This document shows positions 37,821 through 47,450 of a DNA stretch of 64,000 bases, in pieces; position 1 is the stretch's first letter, and each line of letters begins with the position of its first letter. The DNA comes from Flavobacteriales bacterium. Its GTDB lineage: Bacteria; Bacteroidota; Bacteroidia; Flavobacteriales; TMED113. The notes below the pieces were generated by a model. The model was given only the letters and a program-made list of their open reading frames with translations. It did no database searches and was not told the DNA's origin. The translations under genes and the position numbers were made by a program. The stretch lies in the NCBI GenBank assembly GCA_002701365.1, contig NZUK01000009.1:121646-185645 (forward strand). Direction: 5' to 3'.

Positions 37821-39723
37821 CTATGGTTTTTAAAAGCTGGTTAATCTTAATATTTTGAGGATTAACTTTTAATAGTCTTTCAATATAAATAAAAGCATCC
37901 TTTTTTTTGTTAGACAACAATAATAATTCTGCTTTATTTATCAGTGTGCTTTCGTGATTTGGATTCATTTTCAATGCATAATCATAATAATTCAATGCTT
38001 TCTTAGGATTACCTAAGGAAAAATAAATATAACCTAAATTATTATAAGCAGAAATATAACTATTATCCTCATTTAGGATGAATTCAAATTCATCAATTGC
38101 AAATCTAGTTTTATTATCTTGAAATAACGCAACACCATATTTATTTCGAAACTCTAAATTATATGGAGCTAACTTAACGGCTTGTTGATAAAATTTAATT
38201 GCAAAATCAAGATTATTTTTTTTAATAAAAGATTCTCCAATTCTATAAGCTGTCCAACCATCCTTGTTACTGTAATCTTTAGTGATTAAAAAATTATTTA
38301 AAAGATTATTTACACCTAATTGATATACTTTATCAACTATACCATCATAATCATTTTTTAAAAACAGATAATAAAAATGCACATATATTCCTAAATCATT
38401 TAGTACGTCAATATGACTTAAATAATATAGTGCTGAGTCCAAGTAATAATTTCTTTCTTCAAATCGCTCATATTGTTGTAAATATGCTTGCACTTTACTT
38501 TCAAAACTAGGGTTATTATTGTTTATACAATCCAATCCTAAAAACACAGTATCTTTAATTTCATTAACCATATTATCATGTGTTTCAAAAATACCGATTT
38601 TATGATCTGTAATAGTAACATGTGGTATATCAATAGTTGAAGAGCTAGGCATATGACAAGAAATACAATTATTATTATGTTTATCCGAAGTCGATGATGA
38701 GCAAGTTTCATGAGGTAATGAATGACAAGAAAAACATTTATTATTAAAATATTCGGGAGTCATTTCTTTTACTGAAAGATGGGGATTATGACAACTAATA
38801 CAAGTCATTTCTTTCTCAGAATTGATATAACACTTACTTAATTTCATTCTATCTACATGAGAAGCCATAATAAATTTATTCTCTAGTCCCTCATATCTAG
38901 GAAGATACACATCCATGACATCTTTAAGACGCATACCGGGTCTAAAATCAAAAAAACTTTTTCCTCTTTGCAAAACTGCATTACCTTGTAAATGGCATCT
39001 AGCACAAATATCATTTTGCAATTCGTTAGATAAATCTTTTGGATTAATGATACTGTAATCTACATAATGTGTAGTATCTACGATTTTACCTTGTGATATA
39101 TTTTGAACATGTAATTCTCCGGCACCATGACATCTTTCACAATCTATACCCTCAGGAATAACATTGTATTTATTTTCTGAACCTAAAACAAAATCAGGAT
39201 ATGCGTTATGACATGCAATACATTCTAATCCCATTTTACGATCAAACCTTGTGTTTTTATTATTTTCAAATCCTGGAGGAACATCAAGTATAGAATCTTG
39301 AGTATAAAAAGTAAAAGGTGCTTGATATAAATAACCATTATTATTAATTAAATGTGAATTCGTATGATGCCCAGAACCTACTATATAATCAACTTTTCTT
39401 GTTAAATTATGAATTGTATCATTGTTATTTAAAGCATATTCTTGAATAAATAAACTATCATTTAACCAATGTGGATAATAAGATAAATTTAAAGCCGTAT
39501 CATAAATTGTTTGATCAAAGACAGACGAACTATATTTTTTTAAAGCAGGTCTCAACGAATTACCCATACCGGTTCTTATAAAAGACTCATACTGCTCAGT
39601 ATGGCATGAAGCACATATATTCATGCCCACATATTTTACTTCTTTGTTGATGTTTAAATGAGTGATTTCTTTATTTTCACAAGAAAAAAGAAATAGAAGT
39701 AGAAAAATTCTGACAAAGCACAT
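37810..39723 (-). CDS. heptaheme c-type cytochrome domain fused to TPR repeats; predicted lipoprotein
   Basis: Lipobox-like N-terminus (LLFLFSC). Seven CxxCH motifs (CASCH, CIACH, CERCH, CARCH, CISCH, CFSCH, CISCH) lie in the first ~370 aa. The C-terminal ~250 aa carry TPR-like repeats (AIKFYQQAVKLAPYN, ALNYYDYALKMNPNH). Confidence 0.8.
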   Translation of the reverse strand: MCFVRIFLLLFLFSCENKEITHLNINKEVKYVGMNICASCHTEQYESFIRTGMGNSLRPALKKYSSSVFDQTIYDTALNLSYYPHWLNDSLFIQEYALNNNDTIHNLTRKVDYIVGSGHHTNSHLINNNGYLYQAPFTFYTQDSILDVPPGFENNKNTRFDRKMGLECIACHNAYPDFVLGSENKYNVIPEGIDCERCHGAGELHVQNISQGKIVDTTHYVDYSIINPKDLSNELQNDICARCHLQGNAVLQRGKSFFDFRPGMRLKDVMDVYLPRYEGLENKFIMASHVDRMKLSKCYINSEKEMTCISCHNPHLSVKEMTPEYFNNKCFSCHSLPHETCSSSTSDKHNNNCISCHMPSSSTIDIPHVTITDHKIGIFETHDNMVNEIKDTVFLGLDCINNNNPSFESKVQAYLQQYERFEERNYYLDSALYYLSHIDVLNDLGIYVHFYYLFLKNDYDGIVDKVYQLGVNNLLNNFLITKDYSNKDGWTAYRIGESFIKKNNLDFAIKFYQQAVKLAPYNLEFRNKYGVALFQDNKTRFAIDEFEFILNEDNSYISAYNNLGYIYFSLGNPKKALNYYDYALKMNPNHESTLINKAELLLLSNKKKDAFIYIERLLKVNPQNIKINQLLKTIDEI

Positions 39724-39726
39724 AAG

Positions 39727-40524
39727 TCAATTAATTTTTGTTTGACCTTTAAAGACCATGTGAACCTTATTAGATAAGCTTATATTATAAAACATTTTTT
39801 TTAAAATATCGTACTCATATGAGACCTTAAGAGGTCCACCTTTAGCATTTACAATAACATCACTAGTAGTTGAAAGTTTATTACTTAGAAACAATGATAA
39901 AACAGCTGCTACAACACCTGTGCCACATGATAATGTTTCAGATTCCACTCCTCTTTCATAGGTACGAATAAAAATGCCATCTTCATTAGATTGAACAAAA
40001 TTTACATTAACACCATCCTTTGCAAAAATAGAGTTATATCTTATTTTTTTTCCTTCTTTATTGACGTTAATTTTTTCTAAAAATGAAGTGAATTTTACAA
40101 AATGGGGAGAACCTGTATTAATTAAAATATCATCATCAATAGTCTTAAAACTTGAAACATTGGGCAAAGAGACAGTAACATTGTCGTGCCCTACTGATGT
40201 ATTAAACACACCCTCTCTTGTCGCAAAGAGGCCTATAAAAAAATCAGATTGCTTCTCTAATAAACCCAAGGATTTTGCTAAATGAGCACAACACATACTA
40301 CCATTACCACATAAGGAAGAGGGTAAACCATCAGAATTAAAATAATTCATAAAATAATTTGCGTCAGATGATGGCTCAATAAAAATTAATCCATCAGCGC
40401 CTAAGCCAAACTTTCGATGGCACATTTGTTTAATTAAATTAGCATTAATTTTAAAACGTTTAGTTCTATTATCAATGATAATAAAATCGTTTCCAGAAGA
40501 ATTATATTTAAAAAAATCAATCAC
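39727..40524 (-). CDS. dapF: diaminopimelate epimerase
   Basis: SGNDFIIIDN, catalytic LCGNG and SCGTG motifs. Confidence 0.9.
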   Translation of the reverse strand: MIDFFKYNSSGNDFIIIDNRTKRFKINANLIKQMCHRKFGLGADGLIFIEPSSDANYFMNYFNSDGLPSSLCGNGSMCCAHLAKSLGLLEKQSDFFIGLFATREGVFNTSVGHDNVTVSLPNVSSFKTIDDDILINTGSPHFVKFTSFLEKINVNKEGKKIRYNSIFAKDGVNVNFVQSNEDGIFIRTYERGVESETLSCGTGVVAAVLSLFLSNKLSTTSDVIVNAKGGPLKVSYEYDILKKMFYNISLSNKVHMVFKGQTKIN

Positions 40525-40569
40525 TAATAAATAATATATATAATTACAAAAATAAATAAATAAAAAAAC

Positions 40570-40577
40570 TACTTTTG
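40570..40577 (+). promoter_or_regulatory. TAnnTTTG -7 box (TACTTTTG) upstream of the long GAPDH gene
   Basis: Exact motif, 49 nt upstream of ATG 40626. Confidence 0.3.
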
Positions 40578-40625
40578 TTAGCCTAAGATTTTGTGTTGTT
40601 TTATAATTTAAAAAAACCTATTTCA

Positions 40626-42065
40626 ATGAAGCAAAATTACTCCGAAAAACTTAATGCATTTATAGCTGAAGAAAAGGCTGCTACTCAACTGATTAACTCA
40701 GTTAGTAATTTACTTTATAAGCGTGGCGTTGAACTAGTACTGTTTAGAAAACATTTAATTGACAAAAATGTATCTGAAATACTAAGAATTCATCAATATG
40801 CATCCAATTTTGTAAATAAACCAATTAGTATTTTTAATTCGACACAACTTGCACATATATTAACAACATTGAATTTGCCACCAGCTAAAATTGATATAGG
40901 GAAATTAACATATGAATACGACTCAGAAAAATCAAACTTCAAAACATTAGAAAAATTTCTTGAAGCTAAAATCGGGTTTATGCAAAATACTGCAAATAAT
41001 AATCTTCAATCAAAGGATGTAGTTTTATTTGGGTTTGGTAGAATTGGAAGACTTTGTGCAAGAGAACTGATTAAACAAGCTGGGAAAGGCCAACAGTTAA
41101 GATTAAAGGGGGTGATTTTAAGAAAGATTGATGTGAAATCTCTACATAAAAGATGTGCATTACTATTAAAAGACTCAGTTCATGGTGCATTTGCAAGTTC
41201 AATTGAAATTAATGATAACGAATTATCAATTGTGATAAATGGTCAAAAAATACAATTTTTTGATGAGCAAACTAAAAACAACTTAAAGGATTACGATATT
41301 CAAGATGCTCTTTTAATCGACAACACAGGCATATATAAAGATTATGAAAGTCTAAGTCAACATCTAAAAATCGATGGAATTAGTAAAGTCCTGTTAACTG
41401 CACCGGGCTCTAAAATACCCAATATTGTTTATGGAGTCAATCAAGATTGTATTAATACTGATAATGATAAAATTATCTCAGCAGCATCTTGTACAACAAA
41501 CGCAATTGCTCCTATACTAAAAGTTATCAACGACAACAACGAGCTTAACAAAGGGCATATTGAAACTATTCATGCATATACTAATGATCAAAATTTACTA
41601 GACAACATGCATAATAAAGCACGAAGAGGACGATCTGCTGCTATAAATATGGTGATAACTTCAACTGGAGCTGGCAAGGCAGTAACTAAAGTAATACCTG
41701 GTTTAGAAAACAAATTAACCGCAAACGCAATTAGAGTGCCAACTCCAAATGGATCGCTTGCTATAATGAATCTAGATTTAAAAAATAACACATCAATTAA
41801 GATTATTAATGAAATGATCAGGAAAGCAGCTTTAGAGGGAGCCTTAGTTAATCAAATTAAATATTCGATGAATACCGAATTAGTGTCTAGTGATATTATT
41901 GGTAGTGAGGGTGCCGCAATTTTTGATGCTCCCGCAACAATTGTATCTGAAAATCAAAAAAATGTTATACTATATGTTTGGTATGACAATGAATTCGGCT
42001 ATACAAAACAAGTTATTAGGCTCGCAAAGTATATTTCCAAAGTAAGAAGACTACATTATTATTAA
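40626..42065 (+). CDS. glyceraldehyde-3-phosphate dehydrogenase, long (~480 aa) form
   Basis: GFGRIGR Rossmann motif about 130 aa from the N-terminus, catalytic ASCTTNAIAP and WYDNEFGY. Start set at the first ATG (40626) rather than GTG 40593. Confidence 0.85.
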   Translation: MKQNYSEKLNAFIAEEKAATQLINSVSNLLYKRGVELVLFRKHLIDKNVSEILRIHQYASNFVNKPISIFNSTQLAHILTTLNLPPAKIDIGKLTYEYDSEKSNFKTLEKFLEAKIGFMQNTANNNLQSKDVVLFGFGRIGRLCARELIKQAGKGQQLRLKGVILRKIDVKSLHKRCALLLKDSVHGAFASSIEINDNELSIVINGQKIQFFDEQTKNNLKDYDIQDALLIDNTGIYKDYESLSQHLKIDGISKVLLTAPGSKIPNIVYGVNQDCINTDNDKIISAASCTTNAIAPILKVINDNNELNKGHIETIHAYTNDQNLLDNMHNKARRGRSAAINMVITSTGAGKAVTKVIPGLENKLTANAIRVPTPNGSLAIMNLDLKNNTSIKIINEMIRKAALEGALVNQIKYSMNTELVSSDIIGSEGAAIFDAPATIVSENQKNVILYVWYDNEFGYTKQVIRLAKYISKVRRLHYY

Positions 42066-43192
42066 GTAAATAATTTTACTAAACTATTAATTGCTAAATC
42101 AACATCATCTTTTGTATTAAATTTTCCAAAAGAAAATCTAACTACTGGTCCACCTTGATATTCTATTTCAGATATTACATGCGATTGACTCACATTACCA
42201 GAACTACATGCACTGCCTCCTGAGCAAGAAACACCCATTAGGTCTAAATTAAATAACAATAAATCTCCGTAATCCATCTTAGGAAAAGAAATACTTAAAA
42301 CTGTAAACAAACTATTATTTAAATCTCCTGATTGACCATTAAAAGTAGCAAAAGGCAATTTTTCTTTAACTTGCTTAATCATATATTGTTTTAATTTATA
42401 GATGTGCTGATAGTGTTTTTCTAAATCTTTATATGCTACTTCAATTGCTTTGGCAAGACCAGCAATTCCATATAAACATTCAGTACCTCCTCTCATATTT
42501 CTTTCTTGTGATCCACCATGAATAAGTGGAGTGATGTTAATGTCTTTGTTTATATATAAAAAACCTATGCCTTTAGGACCATGAAATTTATGAGCTGAAC
42601 ATGCTAAAAAATCTATTTTTGTTTTTTTTAAATCAAACTTGTAATGGCCGACAGTTTGAACAGTGTCAGAGTGAAATAATGCATTATAATTTCTACAAAG
42701 TATGCTTACACTTTCTAAGTTAATTAAATTGCCAATTTCATTATTACCATGCATTAAACTAACTAAAACATGATCATTTTCAGATAGTAATTGCTCTAAA
42801 TGTGATAAATCTACTATTCCATTCTTATCAGTATTCAAATAACTAACAATTACTTTCTTTTTGAGTCGTAAATGATTCACTGTATTTAAAACTGCGGGAT
42901 GTTCAAGTTTAGATGTGATAATATGTTTTACCCCTCCATCTCTAACTGCACCCCTAATAGCCATATTATCAGCTTCAGTTCCACCAGAAGTAAAAAAAAT
43001 TTCTGAAGATTCAGCATTTAATTCATAAGCAATTTTTCTTCTAGATTCTTCAATGACTGATCTACTTTTACGACCAAAATTATGACTTGAGGAGGGATTA
43101 CCATAAACATCTCTCATGCAATCAGACATAACCTTTATAACCTCTGGATCTAAAGAAGTAGTTGCTGCATTATCTAAATAAACTGGATTCAT
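42062..43192 (-). CDS. cysteine desulfurase (NifS/IscS class)
   Basis: PLP lysine motif SAHKFHGPKGIG and active-site loop SGGSACSSG. Confidence 0.85.
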   Translation of the reverse strand: MNPVYLDNAATTSLDPEVIKVMSDCMRDVYGNPSSSHNFGRKSRSVIEESRRKIAYELNAESSEIFFTSGGTEADNMAIRGAVRDGGVKHIITSKLEHPAVLNTVNHLRLKKKVIVSYLNTDKNGIVDLSHLEQLLSENDHVLVSLMHGNNEIGNLINLESVSILCRNYNALFHSDTVQTVGHYKFDLKKTKIDFLACSAHKFHGPKGIGFLYINKDINITPLIHGGSQERNMRGGTECLYGIAGLAKAIEVAYKDLEKHYQHIYKLKQYMIKQVKEKLPFATFNGQSGDLNNSLFTVLSISFPKMDYGDLLLFNLDLMGVSCSGGSACSSGNVSQSHVISEIEYQGGPVVRFSFGKFNTKDDVDLAINSLVKLFT

Positions 43193-43201
43193 ACTATAAA
43201 T

Positions 43202-44590
43202 TTATTGTAAATAGTTATTTATCTCATAAATTAATCTTTTTTTTATTTCAAACATACGTTTTTTAGAATGTGCCTCAATAATTATTCTAACTATAGGCTC
43301 AGTATTAGAATTACGAACATGTGACCAACCACCACAGTGATAGTAAATTTTAATACCATCTACAGTAGAAAAAGTATTATTATCATTTTTACAATGCTCA
43401 ATTTGATCTAAAATATACCTATCTGATTCAAACTTTAAATCTTTAGGAATTGTAATTTTATCTTTTAACATGTAGTAATTTGGTAATGTAGACCTTAATT
43501 GTGTAATTGATTGTTTTTTTTGTGCTAAAAATGATAATATGAGTGCTACGCCCACAATTGCATCTCTTCCATAATGAGACTTTGAAAAGATCACACCACC
43601 ACTACCCTCTCCGCCAATGACTGCATTACATTTTTTCATTAATTCAACTACATTAATCTCTCCTACTGGAGATTCAAGATGCTTTACACCTAAAGAGATT
43701 GCAATATCTTTAACAGCTCTAGTAGTTGATAAATTAGTGACAATACTAGACTTAGGGTGTTTTGAAAGGATATATTTAGCAACAGCAACAATAGTATATT
43801 CCTCTCCAAAAAAATTGCCATCATCACATATTAGAACAAGTCTATCAACGTCCGGATCAACTGCAATGCCTAAATCTGCCTTATGTTCAACAACCATATC
43901 AGATAAATCTTTTAAATTTTCAGGAATCGGCTCAGGATTATGAGAAAATTGCCCATTTGCAACACAATTTAATTCAATTACATCAACGCCCATTTTACGT
44001 AAAAGATATGGAATATAAATACCGCCTGAAGAATTAATACCATCTACTACAATTTTAAAGTTACGCAACTTTATTTTTTCTAAATCTAAATCAGAAAGTC
44101 CTAAAACATGATCAATGTGCTTATTTAAATAATTAATATTTTTAATTGATCCCGTTGAGTCTGATAATTTAATTCCATTAGTAGAAAATTGAAATACTTT
44201 ATCACCCTGAGATTTAGATAAAAACTCCCCTTTTGAGTTCAGTAACTTTAGACCATTCCAATTTATTGGATTATGACTGGCTGAAATCATAATTCCCCCA
44301 CAACAACACTCATTTATAATTGCTAACTGAACAGAGGGTGTAGTTGTTAAATCTAAATTTAAAACATTAATTCCCAATCTGTTAAGAGTAGAAATAACTA
44401 AATTGATAATATGTGCACCACTTGAGCGACCATCTCTACCGACAGCGATTGTGGAGTTATTAACTGGTTCTTCTACAAATACTTTCGCGAACTGAATCAC
44501 ACAATTCTTGATTTCATAATCTGACAAACCTTGATCACAATTGTTGTCAACTGTACCACGAACTCCAGAAATTGATTTGATTAACACCAT
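43202..44590 (-). CDS. glmM: phosphoglucosamine mutase
   Basis: ISGVRG, phosphoserine loop SASHNP, DPDVDR and GGEGSGG. Confidence 0.8.
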   Translation of the reverse strand: MVLIKSISGVRGTVDNNCDQGLSDYEIKNCVIQFAKVFVEEPVNNSTIAVGRDGRSSGAHIINLVISTLNRLGINVLNLDLTTTPSVQLAIINECCCGGIMISASHNPINWNGLKLLNSKGEFLSKSQGDKVFQFSTNGIKLSDSTGSIKNINYLNKHIDHVLGLSDLDLEKIKLRNFKIVVDGINSSGGIYIPYLLRKMGVDVIELNCVANGQFSHNPEPIPENLKDLSDMVVEHKADLGIAVDPDVDRLVLICDDGNFFGEEYTIVAVAKYILSKHPKSSIVTNLSTTRAVKDIAISLGVKHLESPVGEINVVELMKKCNAVIGGEGSGGVIFSKSHYGRDAIVGVALILSFLAQKKQSITQLRSTLPNYYMLKDKITIPKDLKFESDRYILDQIEHCKNDNNTFSTVDGIKIYYHCGGWSHVRNSNTEPIVRIIIEAHSKKRMFEIKKRLIYEINNYLQ

Positions 44591-44688
44591 TTATACAATT
44601 ATAAAAAACAAATGTAAATAACTTTTTTTCAGTAATGGACAAAGAATATGATCATTTTGATAATTTTGCAACTTAAAATATATATAAT

Positions 44689-45453
44689 ATGATTACTTTA
44701 CCAAATTTACCTGAAAGGCCAAAAAAACCCAGAGATAGAGGATTAACAATGGTTATGGACAAAGGTATATCTTTTCAGGAAGCTGAAATGCTTATTGAAT
44801 CAAGTTCAAAGTTTATTGATATAATTAAATTTGGCTTTGGAACTGCCCTAGTTTCAGATAACATTAAAAATAAAATCAAACTATATAAAAAACATAATAT
44901 CAAAACATATCTTGGAGGAACATTATTTGAAGCATTTGTGGTAAGAAATATGTTCGTAGAATACTGTAATCTATTAAAAGATTTAGAGATAGACACAGTA
45001 GAAATATCCGATGGCAGCATTCAATTAGATCATAATAAAAAATGTGAATACATAAACAAATTGTCAAGTAATGGAATGACTGTTTTTTCTGAAGTAGGTT
45101 ATAAAAGTGCAAGCAAAATCATGGCTCCATCAAAGTGGATTAAACTAATGTCAAAAGAGATAGAAGCAGGATCATGGAAAGTTATTGCTGAAGCTAGAGA
45201 AAGTGGAAATGTGGGTCTATACAGAAGTGGTGGAGAAGTACGATCAGATCTAATAGAAGAAATACTGACTAAAATTGAAAAAGATAAAATTTTGTGGGAA
45301 GCACCTAAAAAACAGCAACAAGTGTTTTTTATTAAATTACTTGGAGCAAATGTCAATCTTGGAAATATTGGTACAAATGATGTTATTCCACTAGAGTGTT
45401 TAAGACAAGGTTTAAGAAGCGACACTTTTTTTAATTTTTTAAATGTCGAATAA
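44689..45453 (+). CDS. comA: (2R)-phospho-3-sulfolactate synthase
   Basis: LPERPKKPRDRGLTMVMDKG, KFGFGT, GGTLFE, EISDG, IAEARESGNVG, EAPKKQQQ and LRQGLRSDT match the ComA/YitD family pattern along the whole length. Confidence 0.85.
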   Translation: MITLPNLPERPKKPRDRGLTMVMDKGISFQEAEMLIESSSKFIDIIKFGFGTALVSDNIKNKIKLYKKHNIKTYLGGTLFEAFVVRNMFVEYCNLLKDLEIDTVEISDGSIQLDHNKKCEYINKLSSNGMTVFSEVGYKSASKIMAPSKWIKLMSKEIEAGSWKVIAEARESGNVGLYRSGGEVRSDLIEEILTKIEKDKILWEAPKKQQQVFFIKLLGANVNLGNIGTNDVIPLECLRQGLRSDTFFNFLNVE

Positions 45454-45758
45454 TGAAAAATATTTTAATTGAAGATTTTATCAAATTACCAGAATCTAAT
45501 TTGCAGGTCATTGATGTCAGAGAAAGTTATGAATATCAAAATGGTCATATAAATAGCATCAATATCCCGATGAGTGAGATTTTAGAAAAACACGGATATA
45601 TTAAACCTAATAAAACCGTGGTCATATATTGTCAAACAGGAAGAAGAGCAGCGGCTGTAGTATATATGTTACAAAAAAAATTTGATTTAAAAAATATTTT
45701 CAATTTATCTGGTGGATACGAAGCATATATGAAATATAAAAACTCTCATCAAAATTGA
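45453..45758 (+). CDS. single-domain rhodanese (sulfurtransferase)
   Basis: 101 aa with the active-site loop CQTGRRA. Its ATG shares one base with the comA TAA (TAATG). Confidence 0.8.
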   Translation: MKNILIEDFIKLPESNLQVIDVRESYEYQNGHINSINIPMSEILEKHGYIKPNKTVVIYCQTGRRAAAVVYMLQKKFDLKNIFNLSGGYEAYMKYKNSHQN

Positions 45759-46705
45759 ACCATATTGTTATTAATATTATAAAAGGTATCTTCATTGGAA
45801 TTGCCAATATTATTCCAGGATTGTCTGGTGCAACCATCGCATTAGTTTTAGGGGTATATCAAAAATCGATTAATGTCATTACAAAGTTTGATGCCAGACT
45901 AATCAAATTAATCAAGAACTTGGATTTTATAAATATTAAAAATCATATTTCATTAAGTTTTATTTCATCTATCTCCTTGGGAATTGTGATTAGTTTTGTT
46001 CTTATGTCTAATATTTTAAACAATTTACTTGAACAATATCCTGCACATACATGGGCGTATTTTTTTGGAATTATTATAGCATCAATTCCTTACGTAATGA
46101 AACAGATATCCGCTTGGAGAAGAAAAGAAATAATACTATTTATAGTTGGATTAGTATTTTCATTATCATTTCTATTTCTAGAACCATATTCTGAGAACCA
46201 GGATATTTTATTTATCTTTTTTTGTGGTATTGTAGGGGGAATTGGAATGTTAGTTCCGGGATTATCTGGATCATATTTATTAGTTATTCTAGGTAATTTT
46301 AAATTAATTTTAGTGGATACAATACAAGTACTATCTAGTGGCGTATTAACATTAAATTATAACACACCATTATTTTTCAAACATCTAAAAATATTTACAA
46401 TTTTTATGATCGGACAATTTTTATGCGTCATTTTATTTAGTAGATTCATAAAATGGATAATTAGTCACAAAAAAAATGAAACATTTTCAATACTATCAGG
46501 TTTTATCACTGGATCATTAATTTATATTTGGCCTTGGCAAAAAACTTTAGAACAACTTACAGGTAATAAACATAGACTAATTGATTTATTGTCATATCCT
46601 AAATTCAATAATAATACTGACATTTATTTGATTCTAATCATTATAACCGGTTTGATGACTATAATACTGATTGAAAAAATTGCAAATAGAATGAAAAATG
46701 TTTAA
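45755..46705 (+). CDS. DUF368-family membrane protein (PopT-type polyprenyl-phosphate transporter family)
   Basis: Polytopic protein with the duplicated motif PGLSGATIALVLG / PGLSGSYLLVILG. The TTG start overlaps the rhodanese TGA. Confidence 0.75.
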   Translation: MNHIVINIIKGIFIGIANIIPGLSGATIALVLGVYQKSINVITKFDARLIKLIKNLDFINIKNHISLSFISSISLGIVISFVLMSNILNNLLEQYPAHTWAYFFGIIIASIPYVMKQISAWRRKEIILFIVGLVFSLSFLFLEPYSENQDILFIFFCGIVGGIGMLVPGLSGSYLLVILGNFKLILVDTIQVLSSGVLTLNYNTPLFFKHLKIFTIFMIGQFLCVILFSRFIKWIISHKKNETFSILSGFITGSLIYIWPWQKTLEQLTGNKHRLIDLLSYPKFNNNTDIYLILIIITGLMTIILIEKIANRMKNV

Positions 46706-47450
46706 ACTGGGTTTAATTGGAGAACACATATCTCACTCATTATCTAAAAGATATTTTGATACAAAATTTCAAAATGAAAATATTAAAAATTTTCAATATG
46801 ACTTGTATGACATTGATAATTTGAAACAAATCAATGAATTAATAATTCAAAATAAAATTATTGGTTTAAATGTAACGATGCCATATAAAAAAAAAATTAT
46901 TCAGGAATTAGATGAATTAGATAAAATAGCTCTGGAAACGCAATCTGTAAATACAATATTCATCAACCCAGACACAGGTCTAAAAAAGGGATTCAATACC
47001 GATTTTTTTGGTTTTGAATATCTATTGTTCAAACTGCATCTCAAAGAGAATGTAAAAGGCTTAATTTTAGGCTCTGGAGGAGTATCAAGTACCATTTCTT
47101 ATGTACTAAAAAAACATGGCATAAAACATAAGATAGTTTCTAGAAAACCTAAACATAATATGTTACACTACCAGGATTTAGATAAATTAATTAATAAATT
47201 TCAACTTATAATAAATACAACACCTCTTGGGCAATATCCAAATACAAAATTAGCACCTATTCTTCCATATAAATTAATTACAAATAAACATATCGCAATT
47301 GATTTAATATATAATCCAGAAAAAACAATATTTTTACAAAAAATGGAAACAAAAGGTGCAAAGACTATTAATGGCTTACCAATGCTAATAGCACAAGCTG
47401 ATCAAGCTTGGTATATTTGGATTAAAATGATAGAAAAATATAATGTTTAA
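46698..47450 (+). CDS. aroE: shikimate dehydrogenase
   Basis: GLIGEHISHSLS, NVTMPYK and SVNT motifs, plus a GSGG Rossmann motif. Confidence 0.85.
   Translation: MFKLGLIGEHISHSLSKRYFDTKFQNENIKNFQYDLYDIDNLKQINELIIQNKIIGLNVTMPYKKKIIQELDELDKIALETQSVNTIFINPDTGLKKGFNTDFFGFEYLLFKLHLKENVKGLILGSGGVSSTISYVLKKHGIKHKIVSRKPKHNMLHYQDLDKLINKFQLIINTTPLGQYPNTKLAPILPYKLITNKHIAIDLIYNPEKTIFLQKMETKGAKTINGLPMLIAQADQAWYIWIKMIEKYNV

Noticed and set aside
44635-44676. 13-codon uORF (MDKEYDHFDNFAT) upstream of comA, considered as a possible leader peptide.
   Set aside because: It is too short, has no Cys/Met or other regulatory-codon enrichment, and has no associated terminator or antiterminator structure.
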